DNA of 50,192 nt from Alphaproteobacteria bacterium MarineAlpha6_Bin4 (GCA_002937775.1 PTKO01000003.1:1-50192), one strand, 5' to 3'; counted from the first letter of the stretch, positions 29,283 through 40,291 are shown. The notes: generated by a model not told the origin, from the sequence alone. Translations and numbers: made by a program.

Positions 29283-29672
29283 ATGACAAGATCAACTTGG
29301 AAAGGGCCATTTTATGAAGAATATCTGTTAAAAAAAGCAGATGATGTTCGTAAGTCAGGAAAAACAAATCAGGTTATAAAAATTTGGACACGAAGGTCAA
29401 CAATTCTTCCTGAATTTGTTGGTTTAACGTTCGGTGTATATAATGGAAATAAGTTTATACCTGTAAGTGTTAATGAAAATATGGTTGGTCATAAATTTGG
29501 AGAATTTTCGCCTACTAGAACTTTTAATTCACATTCAGCAGTAAGTAAAACTGAAACAAAACCAAGTTCTGCCCCACCTCCAGGCGCTACTGGAGCAACA
29601 CCAGATAAAGTAGCTTCAGAAAAAAAAGTTGAAGAGAAACCCGCTCCAGAAAAAAAAGAGGAAAAAAAATAA
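29283..29672 (+). CDS. rpsS: 30S ribosomal protein S19 with a C-terminal tail of about 40 aa
   Basis: RRSTILP and [13 protein letters not shown]. Confidence 0.98.
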   Translation: MTRSTWKGPFYEEYLLKKADDVRKSGKTNQVIKIWTRRSTILPEFVGLTFGVYNGNKFIPVSVNENMVGHKFGEFSPTRTFNSHSAVSKTETKPSSAPPPGATGATPDKVASEKKVEEKPAPEKKEEKK

Positions 29673-30149
29673 ATGGTAAAAGAAAAAGTAAATATAGATA
29701 AAAAAGAAAATAAAGAAAACAAAACTATAAATAAAGATGTCCAAAAAAAAGATACAGATTTTGCTAAAGTTTATTTAAAGTCGGTAAGAATAAGTCCAAA
29801 AAAATTAAATATTATTATTTCTCCTATTAGAGGGTTAAATGTAGAAAAAGCTTTAAATTATTTATCTTTTTCACAAAAACGTATATCTATACAAATAAAA
29901 AAAGCTATTCAATCTGGAATAGCAAATGCTGAAAATAATCACCAATTAGATGTTGACAAGTTGTACATTCACGAAGCTTCTGTTGGAAGAGGAATTGTAA
30001 TGAAAAGATTTAGACCAAGAGCAAAAGGCAGAGGTGTAAAGATTTTAAAACCCTTTAGTAATTTAACAATAAAATTAAAAGAACAAATCGAAAAGAAAAT
30101 TATTAAAGAAAAGAATAACAATGAAAAAGTTAATGAGGCAAGCACATAA
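29673..30149 (+). CDS. rplV: 50S ribosomal protein L22 (extended at both ends)
   Basis: RISPKK, ANAENN and [10 protein letters not shown]. Confidence 0.97.
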   Translation: MVKEKVNIDKKENKENKTINKDVQKKDTDFAKVYLKSVRISPKKLNIIISPIRGLNVEKALNYLSFSQKRISIQIKKAIQSGIANAENNHQLDVDKLYIHEASVGRGIVMKRFRPRAKGRGVKILKPFSNLTIKLKEQIEKKIIKEKNNNEKVNEAST

Positions 30150-30823
30150 TGGGGCAAAAAGTTAATCCTACAGGTTTAAGATTAGGAATAAACAGAACAT
30201 GGGATTCTAGATGGTATTCTGATGAAAAATACAGTGAATTTTTAGAAAATGATTTAAAAATTAGAGACTATATAGATAAAGAGTTAAAAAAAGCCGGCAT
30301 ATCTAAAGTTGTAATAGAAAGATCATCAAAAAAGATAATTATTGCTATACATGCTTCAAGACCAGGAATTATTATAGGAAAAAAAGGATCTGATATAGAA
30401 AAATTAAAAAAAACATTATCTAAAATAAGTGGTTCAGAGATAAATTTAAATATTGTCGAAACAAAAAAACCTGAATTAGATGCTAAAGTTGTTGCTGATA
30501 ATATAGCTATGCAAATAGAAAATAGAGCTGCTACAAAAAGAGTTATGAAAAGAGCTGTCCAGTCTGCATTGAAACTTGGTGCGAAAGGTATAAGAGTTTG
30601 TGTAGGAGGAAGAATTGGTGGAGCTGAAATTGCTAGAGTAGAATGGTTTAAAGAAGGAAGAGTTCCCCTACATACTTTACGTGCAAAGATTGATTACGCA
30701 GTAGCAACTGCTAAAACAACCTACGGAACATGCGGGGTTAAAGTCTGGTTATATAAAGGGGAGAAAATTTCCAATGCTAATGATATTAATTCAAATAATA
30801 AAAATAATTTAAAAGAAAAATAA
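30149..30823 (+). CDS. rpsC: 30S ribosomal protein S3
   Basis: [13 protein letters not shown] and [10 protein letters not shown]. Confidence 0.99.
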   Translation: MGQKVNPTGLRLGINRTWDSRWYSDEKYSEFLENDLKIRDYIDKELKKAGISKVVIERSSKKIIIAIHASRPGIIIGKKGSDIEKLKKTLSKISGSEINLNIVETKKPELDAKVVADNIAMQIENRAATKRVMKRAVQSALKLGAKGIRVCVGGRIGGAEIARVEWFKEGRVPLHTLRAKIDYAVATAKTTYGTCGVKVWLYKGEKISNANDINSNNKNNLKEK

Positions 30824-30824
30824 A

Positions 30825-31238
30825 ATGTTATTACCACAAAAAACAAAATATAGAAAGCAACATAAAGGAAGAATTCACGGGAAACCTTTGGCAGGGTCTA
30901 AATTAAACTTTGGTAGTTATGGTTTAAAAGCAAAAACTCCAGGTAGAATTACTGCTAGACAAATAGAGGCAGCAAGAAGAGCTATTACTAGAGAAATGCA
31001 AAGAGAAGGCAGAGTATGGATAAGAATTTTTCCAGATGTCCCAGTAAGTAAAAAACCAGCAGAAGTAAGAATGGGAAAAGGTAAAGGAAGTGTTGAATAT
31101 TGGGTCTGTAGAATACATCCAGGTAGAATAATCTTTGAAGTTGATGGCGTTAATGACATTATTGCTAAAAAAGCATTGATGTTAGGTGCAGCTAAGTTAC
31201 CAATTAAGTCTTTTTTTGTTAAAAGAATGGGTTCTTAA
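30825..31238 (+). CDS. rplP: 50S ribosomal protein L16
   Basis: [12 protein letters not shown]. Confidence 0.99.
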   Translation: MLLPQKTKYRKQHKGRIHGKPLAGSKLNFGSYGLKAKTPGRITARQIEAARRAITREMQREGRVWIRIFPDVPVSKKPAEVRMGKGKGSVEYWVCRIHPGRIIFEVDGVNDIIAKKALMLGAAKLPIKSFFVKRMGS

Positions 31239-31454
31239 ATGAAGTATAGTGAAATTAAAAAAAAAACTAATGATGAAATAGATGATCTTTTGAAAAATCT
31301 TAAAAAAGAGAACTATAATTTAAGATTTCAAAAAAAAAATGGTCAGTTAGAAAAAACTGGAAGAATAAGACAAGTTAAAAAAGATATAGCTAGATTAAAA
31401 ACAAAAATTAATGAGGAAATTTTAGAAAAAGAAAATGCCAAAAAGAATACTTAA
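31239..31454 (+). CDS. rpmC: 50S ribosomal protein L29
   Basis: NLRFQ..GQL and KKDIAR.KT; synteny. Confidence 0.95.
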   Translation: MKYSEIKKKTNDEIDDLLKNLKKENYNLRFQKKNGQLEKTGRIRQVKKDIARLKTKINEEILEKENAKKNT

Positions 31455-31689
31455 AGGAAAAGTAATAAAAAATAAAAATGATAAAACTATCATTGTTGAT
31501 GTTGAATCAACTTATATGCATAAAAAATATAAAAAATTTTTAAAAAAAAATAAGAAGTTTGCAGTTCATGATGAAGAAAATATTGGAAAAATTGGAGATA
31601 TTGTAAAAATTATTGAAAGTAAACCTATTTCAAAAACAAAAAGATTTATTATATTTGATGAAAAAAAAAAATTAAAGGCAAGTAAATGA
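31435..31689 (+). CDS. rpsQ: 30S ribosomal protein S17
   Basis: DKTI.V, HDE and PISKTK. Confidence 0.96.
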   Translation: MPKRILKGKVIKNKNDKTIIVDVESTYMHKKYKKFLKKNKKFAVHDEENIGKIGDIVKIIESKPISKTKRFIIFDEKKKLKASK

Positions 31690-32054
31690 TAATAACAGAA
31701 ACAAAATTAAATGTTGCCGATAACTCTGGTGCTAAATTAGTCCAATGTATTAAAGTTTTAGGTGGATCAAAAAGAAGAAGTGCAAATATAGGTGATGTAA
31801 TAGTTGTTTCTGTAAAAGAAGCAATTCCAAATGGAAAGGTTAAAATTGGGGAAGTATCTCGAGCTGTAGTTGTAAGAACAAAAAAAGGAGTTAACAGAAA
31901 TGATGGCTCTACTATTAGATTTGATAAAAACTCAGCTGTTTTATTGACTAAGGAAGGCGAACCAGTTGGTACAAGAATTTTTGGTCCAGTAACAAGAGAA
32001 TTAAGATCAAAAAGATTTACTAAAATAATTTCTCTAGCACCAGAAGTATTATAA
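31686..32054 (+). CDS. rplN: 50S ribosomal protein L14
   Basis: [16 protein letters not shown] and SLAPEVL. Confidence 0.99.
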   Translation: MIITETKLNVADNSGAKLVQCIKVLGGSKRRSANIGDVIVVSVKEAIPNGKVKIGEVSRAVVVRTKKGVNRNDGSTIRFDKNSAVLLTKEGEPVGTRIFGPVTRELRSKRFTKIISLAPEVL

Positions 32055-32056
32055 AT

Positions 32057-32380
32057 ATGGTAATAAAAATTAAATTAAAAAAAGGAGACAATGTGTTGGT
32101 ATTATCTGGTAAAGATAAAGGAAAATCAGGTTCAATAGTGTCTATTTTTCCAAGAATAAATAAAGCAATTGTTAAAGGAGTTAATATAGTTAAAAAACAT
32201 CAAAAACCATCTAAGCAAAGTGGTGGAGGTATTGTAGAAAAAGAATTACCATTAAATATTTCAAATTTAGCTTTTTTGTCTTTAAAAGATGGAAAAAAAA
32301 CTAAAATTGGTTATAAATTTGAAAATAAAAAAAAAATTAGATTTGAAAAAAGAACAGGGGAGATAATAAAAAATGGCTAG
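32057..32380 (+). CDS. rplX: 50S ribosomal protein L24
   Basis: KKGDNV.VLSGKDKGK KOW motif. Confidence 0.98.
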   Translation: MVIKIKLKKGDNVLVLSGKDKGKSGSIVSIFPRINKAIVKGVNIVKKHQKPSKQSGGGIVEKELPLNISNLAFLSLKDGKKTKIGYKFENKKKIRFEKRTGEIIKNG

Positions 32381-32912
32381 ATTATTTGATGAATATAAAA
32401 AGAACATAAAACCAAATTTAATGAAGGAATTAGGTTTAAAAAATATTTTTTCTGTACCAGAAATAGAAAAAGTTGTTATAAATATGGGTTTGGGACTAGA
32501 AGCAAATGATAAAAAAAAATTGGATGCAGCTATAGAAGATTTAAAAAAAATTTCAGGCCAAATGCCCATTATAACAAAGTCAAAAAAAGCTATAGCTAAT
32601 TTTAAAACGAAAAAAGATATGCCAATTGGTTGCAAGGTAACTTTAAGAAGAAAAGTAATGTACGAATTTATTGACAGATTGATTAATATTGCATTACCTA
32701 GATCCAAGGATTTTGGTGGACTATCTCCAAAAAACTTTGATGGTTTAGGAAATTATACATTTGGAGTTAAAGAACATATTATTTTTCCAGAGATTGATTA
32801 CGATAAAATAGATAAGGTAAAAGGTATGGATATAACTATAGTAACTTCAACAAGCAAGAACAATGAGGCAAAGAGTTTATTAAAAGCATTTAATTTTCCA
32901 ATTAATAATTAA
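32373..32912 (+). CDS. rplE: 50S ribosomal protein L5
   Basis: GCKVTLR, FDGLGNY, IFPEI and GMDI. Confidence 0.98.
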   Translation: MARLFDEYKKNIKPNLMKELGLKNIFSVPEIEKVVINMGLGLEANDKKKLDAAIEDLKKISGQMPIITKSKKAIANFKTKKDMPIGCKVTLRRKVMYEFIDRLINIALPRSKDFGGLSPKNFDGLGNYTFGVKEHIIFPEIDYDKIDKVKGMDITIVTSTSKNNEAKSLLKAFNFPINN

Positions 32913-32916
32913 AAAT

Positions 32917-33222
32917 ATGACAAGACTTAGTTTAATACAAAGAAATTTAAAAAGAGAAAGATTGGTTAATAAATATAGCAAGAAAAGAATGGCTTTAAAA
33001 AAAATAATTAAAAATAAGAAAACAAGTCCGGAGCAAAGAATTGATGCTATTAATAAGCTATCTAAGTTACCAAAAAACAGCATGCCTTGTAGATTAAGAA
33101 ATAGATGTGTTTTAACAGGAAGACCAAGGGGAATATATAAAAAGTTTAGATTATCAAGAATAGCTTTTAGGGAGTTGGCTAGTGAGGGCAAGTTGCCTGG
33201 CATAACAAAATCTAGCTGGTAA
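32917..33222 (+). CDS. rpsN: 30S ribosomal protein S14 (long, zinc-independent type)
   Basis: 101 aa; RNRCVLTGRPRG and LPGITKSSW. Confidence 0.98.
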   Translation: MTRLSLIQRNLKRERLVNKYSKKRMALKKIIKNKKTSPEQRIDAINKLSKLPKNSMPCRLRNRCVLTGRPRGIYKKFRLSRIAFRELASEGKLPGITKSSW

Positions 33223-33226
33223 TAAC

Positions 33227-33625
33227 ATGACAGTTTCAGACACTATATCAGATATGTTAACTACAATAAGAAATGGACTTATATTATCAAAAGATTATGT
33301 TTATACTCCATCTTCAAAACTCAAATTAAATATATTAAAAATAATGCAAGAAGAAGGTTTTATTAAGACTTTTAAAGAAGAAGATGTGAGAAAAGGAATT
33401 AAAAAGATAAAAATTAATTTATCTTATGTTAACGGAGAACCTTCAATAAAACTTATTTCTAGAGTTTCTAAGCCAGGGCGAAGAGTTTATTCCAAGCTTA
33501 AAAATCTTCCTTCATATTTTAAAGGATATGGTATAACAATTGTGTCAACATCTAAAGGAATAATGACTGACAAAAAAGCTAGAACCTCAAATTTAAGTGG
33601 TGAAATTTTATGTCAAATATTTTAA
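33227..33625 (+). CDS. rpsH: 30S ribosomal protein S8
   Basis: SDMLTTIRN, SKPGRRVY and STSKG. Confidence 0.98.
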   Translation: MTVSDTISDMLTTIRNGLILSKDYVYTPSSKLKLNILKIMQEEGFIKTFKEEDVRKGIKKIKINLSYVNGEPSIKLISRVSKPGRRVYSKLKNLPSYFKGYGITIVSTSKGIMTDKKARTSNLSGEILCQIF

Positions 33626-33642
33626 ATTTTTAATTATTTTTT

Positions 33643-34176
33643 ATGTCTAGAACAGGAAATATACCAATAGAAATACCGGAAGGAGTGGATGTATCGCTAA
33701 ATGAAAGAAATGTTATTGTTAAAGATAAATCTGGGGAAAAGAAATTTAAATTTTCTCAGAAACTTGAAGTTACTATTGAAAACAAACAAATACTGATAAA
33801 ACCAAAGATAGTTAATAAAAAAACTAAAATGATTTGGGGAACAACAAGAAGCATATTAAATAGTATTATTTTAGGATGTATTAATGATTTTAAAAAAACT
33901 TTAAAACTTGTAGGGACTGGCTATAGAGCACAATTACAGGGAAAGATTTTAAAAATTAGCGCTGGTTATAGCCATGACATAGATTATCAAATACCAGAGG
34001 GTATTAATATTAAATGTCAAGATGCTAACACTATAGAAGTTTCTGGTTCGAACAAAACATTAGTTGGCCAGGTTGCAGCGAATATAAGATCTTATAGAAA
34101 ACCTGAGCCATATAAAGGTAAAGGAATTAAGTATGAAGATGAATATATTTTTAGAAAAGAAGGAAAGAAAAAATAA
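33643..34176 (+). CDS. rplF: 50S ribosomal protein L6
   Basis: GTGYRA and RKPEPYKGKG. Confidence 0.98.
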   Translation: MSRTGNIPIEIPEGVDVSLNERNVIVKDKSGEKKFKFSQKLEVTIENKQILIKPKIVNKKTKMIWGTTRSILNSIILGCINDFKKTLKLVGTGYRAQLQGKILKISAGYSHDIDYQIPEGINIKCQDANTIEVSGSNKTLVGQVAANIRSYRKPEPYKGKGIKYEDEYIFRKEGKKK

Positions 34177-34179
34177 TAA

Positions 34180-34545
34180 ATGAATACAAAAAACAAAGAT
34201 AAAAAAAAATTAAAAGAAAGAAGAACAAGAGAAAAAATAAAAAAAATTTCTTATGGTCGATATAGATTATCAGTCTATAGATCATCTAATAATATTTATG
34301 CTCAAATAATAGATGATTCAAAAGGTTTAACTTTAGTTTCATTGTCAACTATAGATAAAAAAATAAAATCTAAGTTAAAATCTACTGGAAATAAAGATGC
34401 AGCAAGTGAAATTGGAAAAAATTTAGCAGAAATTGCAAAGGAAAAAGGTATAAAAAAAGTGGTTTTTGACAGAGGAAGATATCTTTATCATGGAAGAATA
34501 AAAGCTTTAGCAGATGGTGCAAGAGAAGGAGGTTTAGAATTCTAA
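34180..34545 (+). CDS. rplR: 50S ribosomal protein L18
   Basis: RLSVYRS, FDRG..YHGR and AREGGLEF. Confidence 0.98.
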   Translation: MNTKNKDKKKLKERRTREKIKKISYGRYRLSVYRSSNNIYAQIIDDSKGLTLVSLSTIDKKIKSKLKSTGNKDAASEIGKNLAEIAKEKGIKKVVFDRGRYLYHGRIKALADGAREGGLEF

Positions 34546-34546
34546 A

Positions 34547-35098
34547 ATGGAAGTTAATTTTAAAAGAAATCAAAAAACTAACAGCGATAATTTAATTGAA
34601 AAAGTAGTATATGTAAATAGAGTTTCAAAAGTAGTTAAAGGTGGAAGAAGATTTGGTACAGCAGCTTTAGTTGTAGTTGGTAATGGAAAAGGTAAAGCTG
34701 GATATGGAAATGGTAAAGCAAAAGAATTCCCTGAGTCTATAAAAAAAGCTACAGATAAAGCAAAAAATAGTATGAAATATTTTCCTTTAAAAAAAAATAG
34801 AACTTTCTTTTATGATGTTCAGGGCACACATGGTTCAGGAAAAGTTTTACTTAGGGCCGCACCACCAGGAACAGGTATTATCGCAGGAGGTCCAATTCGA
34901 TCTGTTTTTGAAGCGCTTGGCGTCCAAGATGTTGTTGCTAAATCTATTGGAACAACAAACCCACATAATATGGTTAGAGCTACTTTCGATGCATTAAGCC
35001 AACTAGATGACATAAAAAAGATTGCAGAAAGAAGAGGAAAAAAAGTAACAGATTTATATTTTAAAAAGAAAATAGATGAAAAACAAAATAAAAAGTAG
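34547..35098 (+). CDS. rpsE: 30S ribosomal protein S5
   Basis: [12 protein letters not shown] and GTGIIAGG. Confidence 0.98.
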   Translation: MEVNFKRNQKTNSDNLIEKVVYVNRVSKVVKGGRRFGTAALVVVGNGKGKAGYGNGKAKEFPESIKKATDKAKNSMKYFPLKKNRTFFYDVQGTHGSGKVLLRAAPPGTGIIAGGPIRSVFEALGVQDVVAKSIGTTNPHNMVRATFDALSQLDDIKKIAERRGKKVTDLYFKKKIDEKQNKK

Positions 35099-35276
35099 TA
35101 AGAGTATTAAAATAACTCAGATTAAAAGTACTATTGGAAAAAATAGTATTCAAAAAAAACATTTACTTTCACTAGGATTAAAAAAAATTGGATCAACAAA
35201 AGAAATTGTTATGACAAAACCTATTGAAGGACTTGTTAATAAAATTAAACATTTAATTTTAATAGAAAAAGGATGA
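35076..35276 (+). CDS. rpmD: 50S ribosomal protein L30
   Basis: [15 protein letters not shown] and KIKHL; lies between rpsE and rplO. Confidence 0.9.
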   Translation: MKNKIKSSKSIKITQIKSTIGKNSIQKKHLLSLGLKKIGSTKEIVMTKPIEGLVNKIKHLILIEKG

Positions 35277-35280
35277 TTTC

Positions 35281-35814
35281 ATGCTTAATAATTTAATTAA
35301 TATAAAAAAAAAAAAAATATCAAAAAAAAGGTTAGGTAGAGGTATTGGTTCAGGTAAAGGAAAGACTTCAGGTAGAGGTCACAAGGGACAAAAATCTAGG
35401 TCAGGAGTTTCAATAAAAGGTTTTGAAGGCGGTCAAATGCCTTTATATAGAAGATTACCAAAAAGAGGATTTACAAGTATTTTTAGAAAAAATTTTAATG
35501 CTTTTAATTTAATTCAAATACAAAGCTTAATTGATAAAAAAAAAATTAGTTCTAAGGATGAAATTTCAACTGATTTTTTATTAAAAAAAAGAATTATAAA
35601 AAAAAAATTAAATGGAATAAAAATTTTGGGTAAAGGTGAAATTAAAACTAAGCTTATTATAAACGCAGAAAAAGCAAGTAAAAATGCTATAAAAAAAATT
35701 GAAAAATCTGGAGGCACGATAAACCTAATTAAACAAACTAAGAAAAAAAATAATAAAGATATTATTGATGATAAAAAAAAAGATATAAAAGATAAAAATA
35801 AAATTAAAGAATAA
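35281..35814 (+). CDS. rplO: 50S ribosomal protein L15
   Basis: GRGIGSGKGKT and FEGGQMPLYRRLPKRGF. Confidence 0.98.
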   Translation: MLNNLINIKKKKISKKRLGRGIGSGKGKTSGRGHKGQKSRSGVSIKGFEGGQMPLYRRLPKRGFTSIFRKNFNAFNLIQIQSLIDKKKISSKDEISTDFLLKKRIIKKKLNGIKILGKGEIKTKLIINAEKASKNAIKKIEKSGGTINLIKQTKKKNNKDIIDDKKKDIKDKNKIKE

Positions 35815-37151
35815 TGTCTTCTTCAGAAATTAATCCAGAAGCAAACATAGGTGCTTTCAGTAAAGCGAAAGATTTACAAAAAAAAATTTTATTTGTTTTA
35901 TTCTGTTTAATTGTTTATAGACTTGGAACTTTTATACCTATACCAGGTATAAATTCAGAAATTTTTAAGGAAATTTTTGCCCAAAATGCTGGAGGTTTAT
36001 TGGGAATGTTTGACATGTTTGTAGGTGGTGCAGTGCAAAGAATGAGTATTTTTGCCCTAGGTGTCATGCCTTACATTTCCGCATCAATTATAATGTCTTT
36101 ATTGACACATGTTAATCCATCATTATCTCAGTTAAAAAAAGATGGTGGTGAAATGGGTAGACAAAAAATAAACCAATATACAAGATATGGAACAGTTTTA
36201 TTAGCAACATTTCAAGGCTATGGATTGTCAGTAGGTTTAGAAAATATGGGTGGAGTTGGAGGTTCTGCAGTTATTGATCCTGGCTTGTTTTTTAGACTAA
36301 GTACAGTAATTACTATTATAGGCGGTACCGTGTTTTTACTTTGGTTAGGAGAACAAATAACACAGCGAGGAATTGGTAACGGTATATCTTTAATAATATT
36401 TGCTGGGATAGTTGCGAATCTTCCATCTGCAATAGCCGGGACTTTTGAATTAGTTAGAACTGGCGCGCTTTCTCCTTTTTTTATAATAGCATTAATATTT
36501 TTTGTATTTTTAGTATTTATATTTATAGTTTTTATGGAAAGAGCACAAAGGAGAATTTTTGTGCAGTACCCTAAAAGACAAATTGGAAATAAAATGTACG
36601 GTGGAGAAGGTAGCCACATGCCATTAAAATTAAATATGTCTGGTGTTATACCTGCGATTTTTGCTTCATCAGTTCTTCTTTTACCTTTGACTTTAAGTGG
36701 ATTAACAGGTGGTCGCGGCCCAGGCTTCATTAATTTTTTAAGTACCTATCTTGCCCATGGTAAACCATTGTATTTAATTTTATATTTATCATTAATAATT
36801 TTTTTCTGTTTTTTTTACACATCAATTGTTTTTAATCCTAAAGAAACTGCTGATAATCTAAAAAAGAATGGAGGATTTGTTCCTGGAATAAGACCAGGAG
36901 ATAATACTGCTGAATATTTTGATTATGTTCTTACTCGCCTAACCCTTGTTGGAGCTATTTACCTCGGCTTAGTTTGTATTATACCAGAATTATTAATATC
37001 TAAATTTTCTGTACCATTTTATTTTGGTGGAACAAGTCTTCTTATAGTTGTTGTTGTTATGATGGATACAATTGGTCAAATACAATCACATCTTTTTGCA
37101 CATCAATATAAAGATTTATTGAATAAATCTGATTTTAAGGGTGGCTTGTAA
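35814..37151 (+). CDS. secY: Preprotein translocase subunit SecY
   Basis: SIFALGVMPYISASII, GIGNGISL, PGIRPG and GGTSLLI. Confidence 0.99.
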   Translation: MSSSEINPEANIGAFSKAKDLQKKILFVLFCLIVYRLGTFIPIPGINSEIFKEIFAQNAGGLLGMFDMFVGGAVQRMSIFALGVMPYISASIIMSLLTHVNPSLSQLKKDGGEMGRQKINQYTRYGTVLLATFQGYGLSVGLENMGGVGGSAVIDPGLFFRLSTVITIIGGTVFLLWLGEQITQRGIGNGISLIIFAGIVANLPSAIAGTFELVRTGALSPFFIIALIFFVFLVFIFIVFMERAQRRIFVQYPKRQIGNKMYGGEGSHMPLKLNMSGVIPAIFASSVLLLPLTLSGLTGGRGPGFINFLSTYLAHGKPLYLILYLSLIIFFCFFYTSIVFNPKETADNLKKNGGFVPGIRPGDNTAEYFDYVLTRLTLVGAIYLGLVCIIPELLISKFSVPFYFGGTSLLIVVVVMMDTIGQIQSHLFAHQYKDLLNKSDFKGGL

Positions 37152-37152
37152 A

Positions 37153-37716
37153 ATGATAATAATTCTTTTGGGTCCTCCGGGAGCCGGAAAAGGTACGCAA
37201 GCAAAAATGATATGTAAAAAAAAAAAATTATTCCATTTTTCAACAGGAGAAATTTTAAGAAATGAAGTCGAAAAAAAAACTAAAATTGGAGAAAAAATAG
37301 ATCAAATTATTAATGAAGGCAGACTTGTAAGCGATGATATTATTATAAGTATAGTTGAAAAAATTATATCTGAAGAATTTTCAAAAAATGATGGTATTTT
37401 ATTTGACGGATTCCCAAGAAATTTAGATCAAGCAAATGCATTTGAAGAATTATTAAATAAAGTAGGTAAAAAAATTGATTGTGTACTACACATTACAATT
37501 GATAAAGACGAAGTTGTTGAAAGAATTAAAAAAAGAGGACTAGAAGAAAATAGAAAAGATGATAATTCAGAAATTTTGAAATCACGTATAGAAGTATATC
37601 TCAAAGAAACTAGCCCATTAATAAATTTATATAAAAAAAAGAATATTTTAGAAAAAATTGATGGTATGAAATCAATTGAAAATGTAAATAATGATATAAA
37701 TAAAATTTTAAATTAG
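37153..37716 (+). CDS. adk: Adenylate kinase (short-LID type)
   Basis: GPPGAGKGTQA, FDGFPR and RKDD; likely ATG at 37153. Confidence 0.97.
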   Translation: MIIILLGPPGAGKGTQAKMICKKKKLFHFSTGEILRNEVEKKTKIGEKIDQIINEGRLVSDDIIISIVEKIISEEFSKNDGILFDGFPRNLDQANAFEELLNKVGKKIDCVLHITIDKDEVVERIKKRGLEENRKDDNSEILKSRIEVYLKETSPLINLYKKKNILEKIDGMKSIENVNNDINKILN

Positions 37717-37744
37717 GAAAAAAAAATAAATATGTTAGTTTGTA

Positions 37745-37772
37745 TTGACTTAAAATTATTAATTAGTATAAT
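37745..37772 (+). promoter_or_regulatory. Sigma70 promoter for the alpha operon
   Basis: TTGACT-N16-TATAAT, 25 nt upstream of rpsM. Confidence 0.6.
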
Positions 37773-37797
37773 TCGTTTTATTTTTTAAGGTAATCAA

Positions 37798-38175
37798 TTG
37801 GCTCGAATTTCAGGCGTAAATCTACCAACTAATAAGCGTGTTAAAGTTGCACTAAGATATATATATGGTATTGGCCAAACTACAGCTAACAAAATTTGCA
37901 AAGATGTTGGAATTGATGATGAAAAAAGAGTAAGTAAATTAACTGACGAAGAAGTTTTAAAAATAAGAGAGTACATAGAAGGCAAGTATAAAGTTGAAGG
38001 TGATTTAAGAAGCGATGTTTCTCTTAATATAAAAAGATTAACAGACTTAGGAACTTATAGAGGACTTAGACACAGAAAAAAACTTCCTGTAAGAGGACAA
38101 AGAACACATACCAATGCTAGAACTAGAAAAGGCAAAGGTGTTGCAATTGCAAACAAGAAGAAAGTGACAGCGTAA
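37798..38175 (+). CDS. rpsM: 30S ribosomal protein S13 (TTG start)
   Basis: ARISGV, IYGIG and [17 protein letters not shown]. Confidence 0.98.
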   Translation: MARISGVNLPTNKRVKVALRYIYGIGQTTANKICKDVGIDDEKRVSKLTDEEVLKIREYIEGKYKVEGDLRSDVSLNIKRLTDLGTYRGLRHRKKLPVRGQRTHTNARTRKGKGVAIANKKKVTA

Positions 38176-38179
38176 AAAT

Positions 38180-38647
38180 ATGGCTATAGAAGAAAAAGAT
38201 AAAATTAAAACAAAAGATGAATCTTCGATTGATGAATCTAAAGATGATAAATCAAAATTAAAAACTAAAAAAAGATTTTTAAAAAAAAAGGTTAAAAAAA
38301 ATGTCCCAAATGCAATTGCGCATGTTAATGCAACTTTTAATAACACAGTAATTAATATTACTGACGTTAACGGAAATACTTTATCGTGGTCTTCGTCTGG
38401 AGTTAAAGGTTTTAAAGGTTCAAGAAAATCCACTCCATATGCAGCTCAAACTGCTGCTGCTGATGCCGGAGAAAAAGCAAAAAACCATGGTGTTAAATCA
38501 TTAGAAATTTTTATTAAAGGACCTGGGGCGGGTAGAGAGTCAGCGGTAAGAGCTCTCCAATCTGTTGGACTAACAATTACTTCTATAAAAGATGTTACTC
38601 CATTACCACATAATGGGTGCAGACCCCCTAAAAGAAGAAGAGTTTAA
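38180..38647 (+). CDS. rpsK: 30S ribosomal protein S11 (charged N-terminal extension)
   Basis: TFNNT, KSTPYAA and [18 protein letters not shown]. Confidence 0.98.
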   Translation: MAIEEKDKIKTKDESSIDESKDDKSKLKTKKRFLKKKVKKNVPNAIAHVNATFNNTVINITDVNGNTLSWSSSGVKGFKGSRKSTPYAAQTAAADAGEKAKNHGVKSLEIFIKGPGAGRESAVRALQSVGLTITSIKDVTPLPHNGCRPPKRRRV

Positions 38648-38672
38648 TTTTATTTAAGAAAGGATAAAAAAA

Positions 38673-39737
38673 ATGACTAAAAAAGAAGAAGAAAAAAAAG
38701 ATTTAAAAAAAGCTGAGCCGTTTGCATTTAAAAACTGGACAGAATTAATAAAACCAACAAAAATCGATGTAAATAAAGAAGAAAAAACAAATGTTGGTTC
38801 AGTAGTAATAGAACCTCTTGAAAGAGGTTTTGGATTAACTATTGGAAATTCTTTGAGAAGAATTTTATTGTCATCTCTTCAAGGTGCAGCTGTTACCTCT
38901 GTGCAAATAGATGGAGTTCTTCACGAATTTACTTCAGTACCAGGAATGATTGAAGATGTTACCGAATTTATTTTAAATATTAAATCTCTAGCTTTGAAAT
39001 TAAATAGTGATCAACCTAAAAAAATGATGCTCAAAGTAAATGGGCCAGGAGAAGTTAAAGCATCTCAGATAGAAGCATCAAGTGAAATAGAGATTATTAA
39101 TAAAGACTTGATTTTATGTAATCTTAATAAATCCGCTAAACTTAATCTTGAATTTACTGTTCAAAACGGAAAGGGCTACGTTCCTGCCGAACATCAAAAG
39201 AAAGAAGATAAAGAAATTGGATTAATTTTAGTTGATTCAATTTTTTCACCAGTTAAGAAAGTATCTTATAAAATTGAAAATTCCAGAGTTGGCCAAGTAA
39301 CAGATTTTGATAAACTTACTTTAAATGTTGAAACAAATGGCGCAATGGAACCAGAAGACGCAGTAGCAATGGCAGCAAGAATACTACAAGAACAATTACA
39401 GTATTTTATTAATTTTGAAGAACCTGAAATTGATGATAAGTCTAAAGAAGAAGAAGCAGAAATCAAATTTAATAGAAATTTATTACGTAAAGTTGATGAG
39501 CTAGAATTATCTGTTAGATCAGCAAACTGTTTAAGAAACGATAATATTGTTTATATTGGAGATTTAGTTCAAAAGTCTGAGAATGATATGCTTAGAACAC
39601 CAAATTTTGGTAGAAAATCCTTAAATGAAATTAGAGAAGTTTTAATGCAAATGGGTTTAAATCTTGGTATGGACATAACAGATTGGCCACCAGAAAATAT
39701 AGAGGAATTATCAAAAAATTTAGATGATAATTTATAA
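38673..39737 (+). CDS. rpoA: RNA polymerase subunit alpha
   Basis: [25 protein letters not shown] and [10 protein letters not shown]. Confidence 0.99.
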   Translation: MTKKEEEKKDLKKAEPFAFKNWTELIKPTKIDVNKEEKTNVGSVVIEPLERGFGLTIGNSLRRILLSSLQGAAVTSVQIDGVLHEFTSVPGMIEDVTEFILNIKSLALKLNSDQPKKMMLKVNGPGEVKASQIEASSEIEIINKDLILCNLNKSAKLNLEFTVQNGKGYVPAEHQKKEDKEIGLILVDSIFSPVKKVSYKIENSRVGQVTDFDKLTLNVETNGAMEPEDAVAMAARILQEQLQYFINFEEPEIDDKSKEEEAEIKFNRNLLRKVDELELSVRSANCLRNDNIVYIGDLVQKSENDMLRTPNFGRKSLNEIREVLMQMGLNLGMDITDWPPENIEELSKNLDDNL

Positions 39738-39742
39738 TTATA

Positions 39743-40291
39743 ATGAGACATAAAATTTCTAAATATAAACTTAATAGAACAACATCTCATAGAAAGGCAT
39801 TATTAAATAATATGGCTCTAGCTTTAATAAAACATGAACAAATTAATACAACTTTAATTAAAGCTAAGAATCTAAGACCATTTGTTGAAAAAATTATTAC
39901 GCTTGCAAAAAATGGGAGTCTTGCTTCTAGAAAAAAAACTTTTTCTATATTAAAAAATAAAAAAATTACTGACAAACTGTTCAATATTATTGCAAAAAGA
40001 TATCAAAGTAGAAATGGTGGTTATATAAGAATACTAAAAAATGGTTTCAGATATGGTGATATGGCACCTTTAGCAGTTATCGAATTAGTCGATAGAGATG
40101 AAAAAGCTAAAGGTTTGGATTCAGGACCACCTCAAAAGAGTAAAAAAGTTGAAGAAGGAGAACCAACTGATAAGGCGGTTGAAAGTGAACAAAAAACTAC
40201 TTCAAATAGTGATAAACAAGAAGTTTCAGAAAAGGAACTAAAAGAAAATGAAGAAATTGCAAAAAAATTAGAAAAGAATAAGGATAAATAA
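39743..40291 (+). CDS. rplQ: 50S ribosomal protein L17 with a C-terminal tail of about 50 aa
   Basis: [19 protein letters not shown] and GD.AP. Confidence 0.98.
   Translation: MRHKISKYKLNRTTSHRKALLNNMALALIKHEQINTTLIKAKNLRPFVEKIITLAKNGSLASRKKTFSILKNKKITDKLFNIIAKRYQSRNGGYIRILKNGFRYGDMAPLAVIELVDRDEKAKGLDSGPPQKSKKVEEGEPTDKAVESEQKTTSNSDKQEVSEKELKENEEIAKKLEKNKDK

Noticed and set aside
37153-38673. Absence of map, infA, rpmJ and rpsD from the spc/alpha region
   Set aside because: secY-adk-rpsM-rpsK-rpoA-rplQ is the usual alphaproteobacterial order.
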